The notes beneath the pieces are model-generated. The model worked only from the letters and a program-made list of their open reading frames with translations. It was not told the DNA's origin and searched no databases. The position numbers and the translations under genes were made by a program. DNA of 64,000 bases from an uncultured cyanobacterium. GTDB lineage: Bacteria; Cyanobacteriota; Cyanobacteriia; Pseudanabaenales; Pseudanabaenaceae. This document shows positions 17,146 through 27,300 of the stretch, one piece after another (position 1 is the first letter of the stretch; each line of letters opens with the position of its first letter). The stretch is taken from NCBI GenBank assembly GCA_963703315.1, contig OY969811.1, forward strand, positions 2,464,001 to 2,528,000. Direction: 5' to 3'.

Positions 17146-17946
17146 TTAAGAACTAAGTTGAAATACAAAACTAACTTTATCGCCTTTACCTAGCGAAATG
17201 CGATCGCCTGCTCTGAGCTTATGGCGATTGCCCGCAGGTAGCGGTAAGTTATTGATATAAGTACCATTGGAGCTACCTGTATCTTCAAAATAAAAAGCTC
17301 CGCCCTCAGCACGAATATCAGCATGAATCCGCGAAACAATATCGGAATCTGGGAACCCAGATACATCAATGTCGGGAGGAATTACGGTATTGGGCTTACC
17401 AATATGCACAACAGGTAAATGGGCAGGAATTTCGATAGTTAGATTTGTCTGTACGTGCAATAAAGATGCCGCAAATTGCTGTAACTGAGTTTTTACACTT
17501 ATGGGTGCTGCTACATTTACAACAGGTTGATTACTTGTCTCTGTTGCTAGCATTGCTTCTATATCAGTAAACTTAGGCAGGGTTGGCACTTCAGAGGCTA
17601 AATTTACAACTAAATTTCCAGAAGAATCACCTTCTGTTGTCTCATTGGGTAAAGAATTTGACATAGTGCTAGAAATGGGTGGTATAGGGAAACCTTCAGT
17701 TGATGGTGAGATAGATGCATTGATCTCACTTTCTGGATAAGCTGGATCAGTATTTTGGAGAGGATTGATCGCAGTTGCCGCACTCAGATTAAACCCACAA
17801 TGTCCGCAAAATTTAGCATCTGACAACACAGTTGCATGGCAACTAGGACATTGAATATTTTTGACAATGGGTAATTCTGTAAAGCAGGCTTCACAGTTTG
17901 TAGCTCCGTCGGGGTTGGAATGAGTACAATTAGGACAAGTAATCAT
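17146..17946 (-). CDS. Double zinc-ribbon + forkhead-associated (FHA) domain protein, FraH-like
   Basis: CPNC..CEAC and CPSC..CGHC; Pro/Ser linker; FHA motifs IGK, VSRIHA, DTGSSNGTYIN. Confidence 0.85.
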   Translation of the reverse strand: MITCPNCTHSNPDGATNCEACFTELPIVKNIQCPSCHATVLSDAKFCGHCGFNLSAATAINPLQNTDPAYPESEINASISPSTEGFPIPPISSTMSNSLPNETTEGDSSGNLVVNLASEVPTLPKFTDIEAMLATETSNQPVVNVAAPISVKTQLQQFAASLLHVQTNLTIEIPAHLPVVHIGKPNTVIPPDIDVSGFPDSDIVSRIHADIRAEGGAFYFEDTGSSNGTYINNLPLPAGNRHKLRAGDRISLGKGDKVSFVFQLSS

Positions 17947-17963
17947 GAGAAAGGTTAAGAATT

Positions 17964-19229
17964 TTACGGTGATTGCAGTACAGTTTTGGAGGCAATCCTT
18001 GTTTTTTTGCGTTCGGCTTCACTTAGATTTGTGCCTGTTTGGAGACGAGTTGCATTATTCTGCAAGATCGTTGAGGCATTGTGATCGCCCATTTGCAAAG
18101 CTGTTTTTGCAGCAGATTGTAACATTGTCACAGCACCAGCGCGATCGCCTTGTTGCAGTTTCTGCTCTGCAAGCTGGGTTTGACGATATTTAGCCAAAGC
18201 TAGTAAATGATTTTGGACTTGAGGATCGATCTGAGGAGTATAGTCTTGGACGAGATCTGCGGCGATCGCAACTGATGGTGACAGTGCATTAATTTGCCCA
18301 AGTGCAGGAATGTCATAACGTACTTGGGCGGTCAGAATCGGAATTTCGGAGCTACTTGGATAGGCGGTAATGTAGCTAGTAGGACTGATGTAGAGGTTAA
18401 ATATCACTACTCGTTCCACATCAGTCATGAGGTCACCAAGTCGGACAATAATCGCATCACCTTCAGTTTTATAGGATAACTCGATGGTGTCAGGAGCAAC
18501 TTGAGCGATCGGTTTTAACTCAGCTAAGCGCACATGGGGCGCAAGTTGCAAGATCAGATGGGCATTGGTTAGCCCGATCGCTTGGACACGTTTTAATAAT
18601 TTTTGAAATTCTGCACCCGCCGCTTCAGGCGATGGAATATATGACATTGCCCCACCACCAGCGTCAGCAATGCGTTCTAGGACATCTTGATTCCAGCTAT
18701 CACCAAAGCCCAGACTATGCAAAGTCATATTGTATTCAGTGGCTAAGCGTGAAAACTGAAAACATCGCTCATTATCGCCATGTTCATTTTCTCCATCGGT
18801 AAGTACAAAAAGTTGACTCACCGTTCCATCTTTGCCCTTACTAGTTTCCTGTAAACCTAGCTTGATGCCATCATCGATACAAGTACCACCCGACGCTTTA
18901 AGCGATTGAATTTTTCCTTTGATGGATTCGATACTAGTGACTAGTTGATTCTCGACAACTACATGAGCTTTATGGTCAAAACCAATCACACTAATCCGAT
19001 CTTGAGGATACATCTGTTCCACCAGATCACGAGCAGCCCGTTTCACAGTTTCCAATGGTTGTCCCCCCATAGAACCACTGTGATCTAATACGAGGCACAA
19101 ATTTAGTGGCGCATTAGGACTACTTACAGAGGTGTTCGCAGAAATGGCGATCGCTAATTGACGCTGACTACTGTCTTGGGTGCTATCCAGATTGCGATCG
19201 CTTAACTTACAGGTCAAATTGAGGCTCAT
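17964..19229 (-). CDS. von Willebrand factor A domain protein
   Basis: MIDAS motif LVLDHSGSM, GGT, LTDGEN. Confidence 0.88.
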   Translation of the reverse strand: MSLNLTCKLSDRNLDSTQDSSQRQLAIAISANTSVSSPNAPLNLCLVLDHSGSMGGQPLETVKRAARDLVEQMYPQDRISVIGFDHKAHVVVENQLVTSIESIKGKIQSLKASGGTCIDDGIKLGLQETSKGKDGTVSQLFVLTDGENEHGDNERCFQFSRLATEYNMTLHSLGFGDSWNQDVLERIADAGGGAMSYIPSPEAAGAEFQKLLKRVQAIGLTNAHLILQLAPHVRLAELKPIAQVAPDTIELSYKTEGDAIIVRLGDLMTDVERVVIFNLYISPTSYITAYPSSSEIPILTAQVRYDIPALGQINALSPSVAIAADLVQDYTPQIDPQVQNHLLALAKYRQTQLAEQKLQQGDRAGAVTMLQSAAKTALQMGDHNASTILQNNATRLQTGTNLSEAERKKTRIASKTVLQSP

Positions 19230-19230
19230 T

Positions 19231-19614
19231 TTAAGCTTCTATTCCTAATATTTCGTAAGACTTTTCTAAAATTTCATCTGGGTCAAAGGGTTTGGTCATA
19301 TAGATATCAGCGCCTACATCCTTACCCCAACTGCGATCAAATTCCTGCCCTTTGGCAGTCAGCATAATGATGTAGACATCAGTTAAACCAAGCTCACCTT
19401 TAACTTTTGCACAAACATCATAGCCATTCATCTTCGGCATCATTACATCTAAGAAGACTAAGTTGGGCTTTTCGCGCTCGATAGTTTCCAATGCCTCTAA
19501 ACCATTAGTAGCAGTCAATAACTCCACTTCATGATCTTCTAGCTCTTCTAAAGTTTGCTCTAGTAGTAAACGAATATGCGGTTCATCGTCAACAATTAAT
19601 AGCTTTTTGCTCAT
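19231..19614 (-). CDS. Single-domain response regulator
   Basis: LIVDDE, FLDVMMPKMNG, MLTAKG, YMTKPF; ATG at 19614 preferred. Confidence 0.92.
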   Translation of the reverse strand: MSKKLLIVDDEPHIRLLLEQTLEELEDHEVELLTATNGLEALETIEREKPNLVFLDVMMPKMNGYDVCAKVKGELGLTDVYIIMLTAKGQEFDRSWGKDVGADIYMTKPFDPDEILEKSYEILGIEA

Positions 19615-19742
19615 CTTTAAGCCTTCAAAGTTTCCCAAAACTACTTAAAACTAATGTATCATTCACAGCCCTTTGCTTTGCATAATAATCTAGGACAGTG
19701 ATTTTTGGTGGGGCAGCAAAGCCGCGCCACCTTAGGTAAGGA

Positions 19743-21209
19743 TTACTCATAAATCACCTCAAAGATTTCGACAAGATTCTTTTTACCTTTGACTGGCAAA
19801 GTTCCAAACTCTTTAAATTGAAAATTATTTTGCGTTGCTTCATAGACACTGCGAGTTACCAAAATTTGCCCTCCCTTAGCTAAACCCTGTAAGCGTGAGG
19901 CAATATTCATCTCATCACCGATCGCCGTGTAGTCCATGTGTTGGGGAGAGCCAATATTTCCGACAATTACTTCCCCAGAGCTAATGCCAATCCCTGTAAT
20001 AAAGTTTTCCCGAATCCATTCAATCGGTAAATTTTTGATACGTTTCTGCATATTGATAGCGGCAGCGATCGCCCAATATTCGCGATCAGCGATCGCTGAA
20101 GGTGCGCCAAACATCGCCACAATCATATCGCCCACAAACTTATTGACGGTTCCCTGATGGTTAAAAACCACATCGACCATTTGCGTAAAATATTCATTTA
20201 GATAAGTGACAAGTTTCTCAGGCTCCAGTTCTTCGCACTTAGTCGTAAAATCACGAATATCCGAAAATAACATCGCAATTTTGCGCTTACTGGTAGTTAG
20301 TGATACGTCTTCATTGGCATTAATTACTGCCTCAGCTACCTGTGGCGATAGATATCGTTCTAGATTATTTTTGATTCTCTGCTCGCGTAACTTATTCTCG
20401 TAAAGAATTGCATTCTCGATCGCTCCAGAAGCTTGGGTAACAATTGCTGTAAATAGCTTGAGATCTTGAGATGTGTAGTTAATCGGCTCAGAATGACTAA
20501 TATTAATTACACCAATAGTTTTATCTTTAGTGAGAATTGGCGCACAAATTATGGCATAGCAATCATTTTCATTAACAATATAACGGGGATCTTGGGGCGC
20601 ATCATTGATCAGTTCAGGTCTGCCTGAGCGAAATACATGACCCGCAATTCCTTGATTAGAAAAAACTGGCAAGCTTTTGACATTCTCCGCAGTACCTCTA
20701 GCACATACTATTTCCAGACAATCAGTCTTTTGATTGTGCAGCATCACTGAGGCACTAGTAGACTTAATAAACCGACTCGCCTCTTCAAGTACCAAAGCAC
20801 TAATTGCTTCGACATCTAAACAGTTTGCCATCTTGCTAGCGATCGTATAGAGAAGATTAATCTCTCGGTATTTGTCTAATGCATCAGCCGCTAGAGTTTT
20901 TTGTTCAAATTCACGTTTGGCTAAATAGCTGAGAAAATTAGCAACCTGTTCAACTTGTTCTTGACCAATCACCCATCCTAATATTTCATCGCCGATCGTT
21001 ATCGGGATTTTATGCAATTCTGTATCGATACTTAAGTTAATATCTTTAGAACTATCTTGATTTGTTGTATCTACACCTAAATCTGCAATTAGAACTTTCC
21101 CTTCCAGATCTTGAACTGCGATTGGGAAATTGAGCTTCCTAACTAGTCCTCTCAACAAGGATACTACTTCTTTTTTGAGGAGTATTTTTTTGAGATTTAC
21201 AGATTGCAT
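19743..21209 (-). CDS. GAF-domain class III adenylate/guanylate cyclase
   Basis: GAF domain followed by LFSDIRDFT, NKFVGDMIVA, DYTAIGDEMNIASRLQ (Lys/Asp pattern of adenylate cyclases). Confidence 0.9.
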   Translation of the reverse strand: MQSVNLKKILLKKEVVSLLRGLVRKLNFPIAVQDLEGKVLIADLGVDTTNQDSSKDINLSIDTELHKIPITIGDEILGWVIGQEQVEQVANFLSYLAKREFEQKTLAADALDKYREINLLYTIASKMANCLDVEAISALVLEEASRFIKSTSASVMLHNQKTDCLEIVCARGTAENVKSLPVFSNQGIAGHVFRSGRPELINDAPQDPRYIVNENDCYAIICAPILTKDKTIGVINISHSEPINYTSQDLKLFTAIVTQASGAIENAILYENKLREQRIKNNLERYLSPQVAEAVINANEDVSLTTSKRKIAMLFSDIRDFTTKCEELEPEKLVTYLNEYFTQMVDVVFNHQGTVNKFVGDMIVAMFGAPSAIADREYWAIAAAINMQKRIKNLPIEWIRENFITGIGISSGEVIVGNIGSPQHMDYTAIGDEMNIASRLQGLAKGGQILVTRSVYEATQNNFQFKEFGTLPVKGKKNLVEIFEVIYE

Positions 21210-21341
21210 AGTTTAAGAGCTGTATGGTTATGATATTAAGATGAGAAAATAAAGCAAAAGTTTCCTATCTTAATATCATAGCTACTGACAAAGCAGAAAC
21301 AAACGCCATAATGCTTACCTAAAAATAGAAGCGATCGCATT

Positions 21342-21755
21342 TACAGCAATTTCCGATCAAATGAACCACAGACAAAGGGCTTAAGCTCCTTGTTCAGATA
21401 TCTCCCAAGAAGAGAGTGGCGGCGCGGAGCGCCGCCACTCTCTTCTTGGGTTTTAGGGCGCAATTAAATATAAAACCCCAAGAACTGTGGCGCACGCGCA
21501 GCGTGCGCCACAGTTCTTGGCTCTGGTTTTTAATTATGTCCAGCTAAGTAGCTCAGCATAGTTAAAACCCAAAACCAGAACTTGTGCCGCCCGCTACGCG
21601 GGCGGCACAAGTTTCTAGGTTTTAAGTTTACTTATGCCTAGCTACTTACTTACAGCCATTTCCGATCAAACGAACCACAAGAATAAATTTGAAAGCGTTG
21701 CTTCGCAACGCTTTCAAATTTATTCTTGGTTAGGGTTTGAGCGCAAAGTGCTGTA
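21342..21755. repeat. Nest of several palindromic mini-elements
   Basis: Four long hairpins (about 21405-21451, 21478-21520, 21577-21616, 21678-21728), a 22-bp AAGGGGCTTAAGCCCCTT-like palindrome (21372-21393), and two copies of TACAGC(A/C)ATTTCCGATCAAA(T/C)GAACCACA. Confidence 0.85.
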
Positions 21756-21882
21756 TAAGTAAAAACTACTATAGGTAAAATAGCCGAATTTTGAGCGGAA
21801 AATCTTTTATTGAGCTTACCTTTGCTAGACTGAATTTAACTCTTGAGACATATCAACAATAAAGGAATCGGGTAAGTTTAAT

Positions 21883-22773
21883 ATGCCTTACTCAGCAGAG
21901 ATTAGTCGTCGCCAACCCAGTTGTTTTCTCTTTCTCATCGATCAATCTGGATCGATGGCAGATGCATTTTCTAACGATAGTGCTAGTCAAGGAACAGTCA
22001 AAGGCGCAAATGCAAGCTTACATAAAACTAGTGAACCGATCCAGAAAGCCCAAGCTGTTGCTGATGCGGTAAACCGTTTGCTAGACTCATTGGGACAACG
22101 CTGTGTCAAAGGTAATGAGATTTATGATTACTTTGATGTTGGGGTAATTGGATATAACAGTGAGGTTGCTTCTGCACTGAATGGTGTGGCTGGTGATCAA
22201 GCGATCGCCCCCATTGGCAAAATTTACGAAAACCCAGCCGAATTAGAAAAACGCGCTCAAAAATTGCCTGATGGTATGGGCGGTTTAGTGGAAGTTTATA
22301 ACGACTTCCCAATTTGGTTTAAGCCGATCGCCAGTGGTGGAACTGCTATGTGTAGTGTATTTACTATGGCAAGGCTTCTGCTAGAGGAATGGATTGCCAA
22401 ACATCCCAATAGCTATCCACCAACGATCATTAATATTACCGATGGTGAATCTACCGATGGCGATCCGACTGAGGAAGCGATTAATCTCAAAAAATTGAGT
22501 ACTTCTGATGGTACGGTCTTGCTTTATAACATCCATCTTTCTGCCGAATATACACAGCCTGTGTCTTTCCCAAATACGGCAGAAGTCTTAAGCGATCCTT
22601 ATGCACGTCTGATGTTTGAGCTATCCAGTCCTCTGCCCTATGCTGCTCAAAAAGCTGCTGAAAAAGAAGGGTATAAAGTGACATCTGATTCTAGAGCGTT
22701 TATGTTTAATGCCGATCCTGTAAAGCTCATTCAGTTTTTGGATATTGGTACACGTACAGAAAACTTACGTTAG
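21883..22773 (+). CDS. vWA domain protein, TerY-like
   Basis: MPYSAEISRRQPSCFLFLIDQSGSM, GGTAM, INITDGESTDGDP. Confidence 0.8.
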   Translation: MPYSAEISRRQPSCFLFLIDQSGSMADAFSNDSASQGTVKGANASLHKTSEPIQKAQAVADAVNRLLDSLGQRCVKGNEIYDYFDVGVIGYNSEVASALNGVAGDQAIAPIGKIYENPAELEKRAQKLPDGMGGLVEVYNDFPIWFKPIASGGTAMCSVFTMARLLLEEWIAKHPNSYPPTIINITDGESTDGDPTEEAINLKKLSTSDGTVLLYNIHLSAEYTQPVSFPNTAEVLSDPYARLMFELSSPLPYAAQKAAEKEGYKVTSDSRAFMFNADPVKLIQFLDIGTRTENLR

Positions 22774-22793
22774 TTGTGCATTGCTCTTATAAT

Positions 22794-23660
22794 TTAATTG
22801 GTTTTAGATGACGTTAAAACTGTTGCAGTAATTGGAACAACGCCAACTTCATCACTATTGAGCGCGATCGCTGCCGCATGGGATAAATCAAGATTGCGAT
22901 TTCCAAAATAAGGACCGCGATCGTTAATTCTGACGACTACAGACTTGCCATTTTGCTGGTTTGTGACTTTGAGATAGGTGTCAAAGGGTAAGCTGGGATG
23001 AGCTGCTGTAAAGTCTTGCTGTTCAAACTGCTCACCTGAAGCTGTCTGTCTACCTTGGAAATAAGGTCCATACCAAGAAGCAATTCCATCCATTTGTTTA
23101 TCAGTAATTGCTAGCTGATACATTTGCTTTTGGGCTTGGACTAATGTTAGAGGTTCTGCTCCTGCCACAACGCGCAAATTATTAATCCACTGCGTCAAGT
23201 TTAATGAAGGATTCACGACATCGGATTTAGGAATTTTAAATAGGATTGCATTTTTATATTTACCGACGTATTTACCATCGATTACTGATGGCTCTAGTAA
23301 GTTAGGCTCGAAGTCAGGAGCATTCATGATCATGGCAATTTGGGCAGCAGCGATCGCTGCATTTGGTAAATCCTTCACCCAGAATGTTGGCTGATTATTG
23401 ACCATGATCATCCATTTATTTGCAGAATATGCGCGAAACTCAATCTCATAATTTGGACGATTAGATGTTGACAAACTCTTCGTAAAACTATTATTTGCAA
23501 GTAAAATTTTGGGGTGAATTAAAGGGGGATCATAGACAGTTGATTGATTAACAGCACCAGCTAAAAGCATTGGTGATGAAGCACTAGAAATAAGCGAACT
23601 CAAAGAGATCGCCCAGAAAACGGATGATTTAGACATAGATTCTGAGATGTTAAGCAACAA
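22794..23660 (-). CDS. rlpA: Septal ring lytic transglycosylase RlpA family protein
   Basis: C-terminal DPBB domain GIASWYGPYFQGRQTASGE, TAAHPSLPF, VRINDRGPY, DLS. Start uncertain. Confidence 0.85.
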   Translation of the reverse strand: MLLNISESMSKSSVFWAISLSSLISSASSPMLLAGAVNQSTVYDPPLIHPKILLANNSFTKSLSTSNRPNYEIEFRAYSANKWMIMVNNQPTFWVKDLPNAAIAAAQIAMIMNAPDFEPNLLEPSVIDGKYVGKYKNAILFKIPKSDVVNPSLNLTQWINNLRVVAGAEPLTLVQAQKQMYQLAITDKQMDGIASWYGPYFQGRQTASGEQFEQQDFTAAHPSLPFDTYLKVTNQQNGKSVVVRINDRGPYFGNRNLDLSHAAAIALNSDEVGVVPITATVLTSSKTN

Positions 23661-24075
23661 AGATGTACAGATGTTCGTTAAGCAATTGGTTAAGTCAAAA
23701 CTTAGAAAACCAATTTTTTAATAAGTTTTAAAAACAAAAATTAAGTTAGATATAAATTAAACATTAAATTAACGAATTATAGAGGCTGTTAAATTGATAG
23801 GTGAGTTTTTAGAGTAATTATGAGGTAATGACTATTTCCTAAACTACGGTATTAGCGGGGATCATAAATCATCCTTAAGAAAGAGATAAAACTATTAAGT
23901 ATCAAATTTGACAAAAAAATCAGTTAAAAGTTGTGTGCCAACGCTCTTTTTGTTAAGTTAGCCATCCTAAAACTCATAATAAGGATAGAAAGTAGAAATA
24001 AAACTATTTAAAAATAGTTTAAGAAATATTGACTTTTGCTAAAAAAATTTATAGAGAAATTCAATCTAAGTATCT

Positions 24076-24134
24076 AGAAAAGCCTAAAACTTGTGGCGAT
24101 CGCTGCGCGATCGCCACAAGTTTTAGGCTTTTCT
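24076..24134. repeat. Hairpin with two HIP1 sites at its apex
   Basis: AGAAAAGCCTAAAACTTGTGGCGATCGC-TGC-GCGATCGCCACAAGTTTTAGGCTTTTCT. Confidence 0.8.
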
Positions 24135-24344
24135 GTTTGATAAAGTTTATAAATCAAGGACTGCTAGTGCTTTTCAAATAAGCAAGGTTATAGAGGGTTA
24201 TTTCCCCATCTTTGATAGGGAAATAACCCCGTAATTTACCAAACTGTGAAACGCTGTAAGCTCTTTTTATTAGTAACTAATAATTCACTTTATTTATTCA
24301 AAAACTGCTATATTTGATCACTATTTTGCAGTCAAAGAAAATCA

Positions 24345-27300
24345 GTGATGAAACAAAAAATTCAATCTGCAATTGTGGTTTCTGTTTGTTCTATGATCGG
24401 TTTGAGCTTTCTCTCAGATGTAAGCCTTGCTCAAAATGCGATCGCCCCTGATAGTACTCTGCCAGTCAATACATTAGTCAACTTTGATAGTGCCTCTCAA
24501 ACCTACACAATTACGGGTGGCACGCAATCTGGTGCGAATCAATTCCACAGCTTCCAAAATTTTTCAGTACCCACTAGCAATACTGCTCATTTTAATAACT
24601 CTGCTCAGACGGCAAATATCATTGGGCGCGTCACAGGTTCCAATAGTTCCAGTATTGACGGTATATTGAGAGCGAATGGTGCAGCAAATCTTTATTTGAT
24701 TAACCCTAATGGCATTGTATTTGGACAAAATGCCAAGTTGGAAATTGGTGGATCGTTTAGTGCCAGTACTGCCAAGAGTATCAAATTTGCTGATGGTAGT
24801 GAGTTTAGTGCCACTAATCCCCAAACACCACCAGTCCTAACTGTAAATGTGCCACTAGGGTTACAGTATGGAACGAGTAATACAGGAGCCACAATTACCA
24901 ATCGCGGTAATCTTTTCGCAGGACAAGATTTAGTTTTAAATGGTGACAAACTAGATTTGCAAGGGACTTTGCAAGCGGGTCGAGATTTAACGCTGCAAGC
25001 GCAAGATCGAATTCAAATTCGTGATACTTCTACTAATACCTTTGTGGCGGCGGCGGGTAGACACCTACTCGTTCAGGGAAATCAAGCAGTCGATATTTTT
25101 GCGCTAAATAATAGCCAGAGCGGTTTGTTTTCTGGTGGAAATATGTTGTTGCGATCGCCTAACTCGGTGATTGGCGATGCCCATTATTACGCAGGCGGCA
25201 ATTTTAAAATTGAGCAGCTAGATGGTAGTTTAGGCAATCTTGAAAGTCCTAATGACCCCATCATTCGCTCTGCGGGTGATGTGACCTTTGGAATCTATGT
25301 AGGTAGTTCTCTGCATATCCTTGCTGGCGGTAGAGTCAATATTGATACTATTTTCATCACTGGAGCAGATACCACTGGTAACACGATTAATCCAACGAGT
25401 ACACCAACTCTATCCAATGTAACTCTATCCAATGGCAAAACATTAACTATTAATGGAAGTACGCAACCGACTGTAGATATTCGTGCGGGCATGAATCCTT
25501 CAGATATAGGTGCGTCTGGAATAACAGGAACACTCAGCACTAACTATTTCAATTGTGTCTTCTTTGGAGCAAACTGTTTTTACAATAGCTTCCCATTTCC
25601 AACATTTCCTCCTAGTACTAGTCAAAGTGCGACTGGCAGTGGAATTACCATTGGTGACATTAAGGTTAATAGCCCTAATGGAATTGTTTTGCTTACAAAT
25701 AATTACAAACCGAATCTAGCCCTAGCAAATGAAGATATCGTCATCACAGGGGCAGGAAGTTTTGGATACCAAGGCATTGATACCTTTAGCGATACAGGTA
25801 ATAGCGGTTCTATATTTGTTGATTCCAGAAGAAGTATTGAATTAACAAAGAATATTTTTACGTTCTCAACTGCTGCATCTGGTATTGGCGGTAATGTCAC
25901 TTTACTTGCTAACAATGATATTCGCTTTGGAGACAATGCTGTAATTAATGCTAATGCTCTTTTTCTGGGTGGACAAATTGATCTTAAAGCTAATGGAATA
26001 ATATCAGGGCAAGGAATAAGTATTCTCAGTAGAAGTGTCGAATCGGCGATCGCTGGTAATAGCGGGGATATTAACATCACCGCAGGATCACTATCCTTAA
26101 AAAATTCTTCAGCAAATCCCTCTGTAATATCTACAAGTACTTCAGGTAAAGCTAATGCTGGTAACATTACCCTAAATATCACTGGCGATGCTACGTTGGC
26201 TGGCGTAGTTAATAATTTCCCAACTCAAATAATAAGCAATGTATCTCTAACTACGACAGATAACGCGGACGCGACAGGTAATGCTGGTTTTGTCAAAGTG
26301 AGTGCAGGAAATCTCAAACTCCAGAATGGCGCTCAAATAAACTCGGTAACAGCAGCTTTGGGGCAATCAGGAGATATGGATATTTCTGCTAATACAATCA
26401 GCATTGATGGTTTAGGTAGTGGTATCAATAACCAAACTCTCATTACTTCACAAGCACATGGTGGCAAACTCACAATCAATACGGGTTCATTAACAGTAAC
26501 CAATGAAGGACAATTAAGTACAATTACTTCAGGAAAGGGAAATGCTGGGGAACTGAAAATCATTGCTACAGGTGATGTGATTTTTGATCGTAGTTCGGCA
26601 TCTTCAGCAATTAACTTCAGTGGAATTGGTCAGGGAGGTAACTTATCGATCACAGCGCGATCGCTGCAATTACTTAATGGCTCTCAAATCAATGCGGCTA
26701 TCTTTGGTCAAGGAAATGGCGGCAAGATAACAGTTACTACAGATAGCATCGCAATTAGTGGCTCAGGTGTTCTTTTTGGAGAGAATTTAAGTAGTGCGAT
26801 CGCTACAGCATTACAGGCAAGTACCTCTATTGGTAATGCAGGTGATATTGATTTAAAAACGCGCATTCTAAATCTTGGATCTGGCACATTTATTTCTGCT
26901 GCAAATAATGGTAAAGGCAATACAGGTAATATCGATATTGTGGCAACAGAATCCATTTTTCTTAATAACAGCAATATTGATAACTTCATCTCCACAACGG
27001 GTCAAGGTAACGGTGGTAATTTGACTATCAATTCACCATCTATTTCTCTGAGTAATAAGGCTAAGCTCAGCGTTCAAACTGCGGGAATAGGCAACGCAGG
27101 CAATCTTAATTTATTTACACAATCTCTCTCGCTAACCGATAATTCTCAACTGCAAGCATTTACTGATGGCATCGGTAATGCAGGTAATATTACAATCGCC
27201 CCAATCAACACTCTGCTCAACCCCAATGCTAAGCCGAACAATATGGTCAGAATCGATGGGAGCATTGTTTCCGTAGATGTAAATACTAATGGACAGGGAA

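Noticed and set aside
21342..21755. CRISPR array
   Set aside because: The hairpins differ in sequence and length, there is no constant repeat-spacer period, and no cas genes are present.
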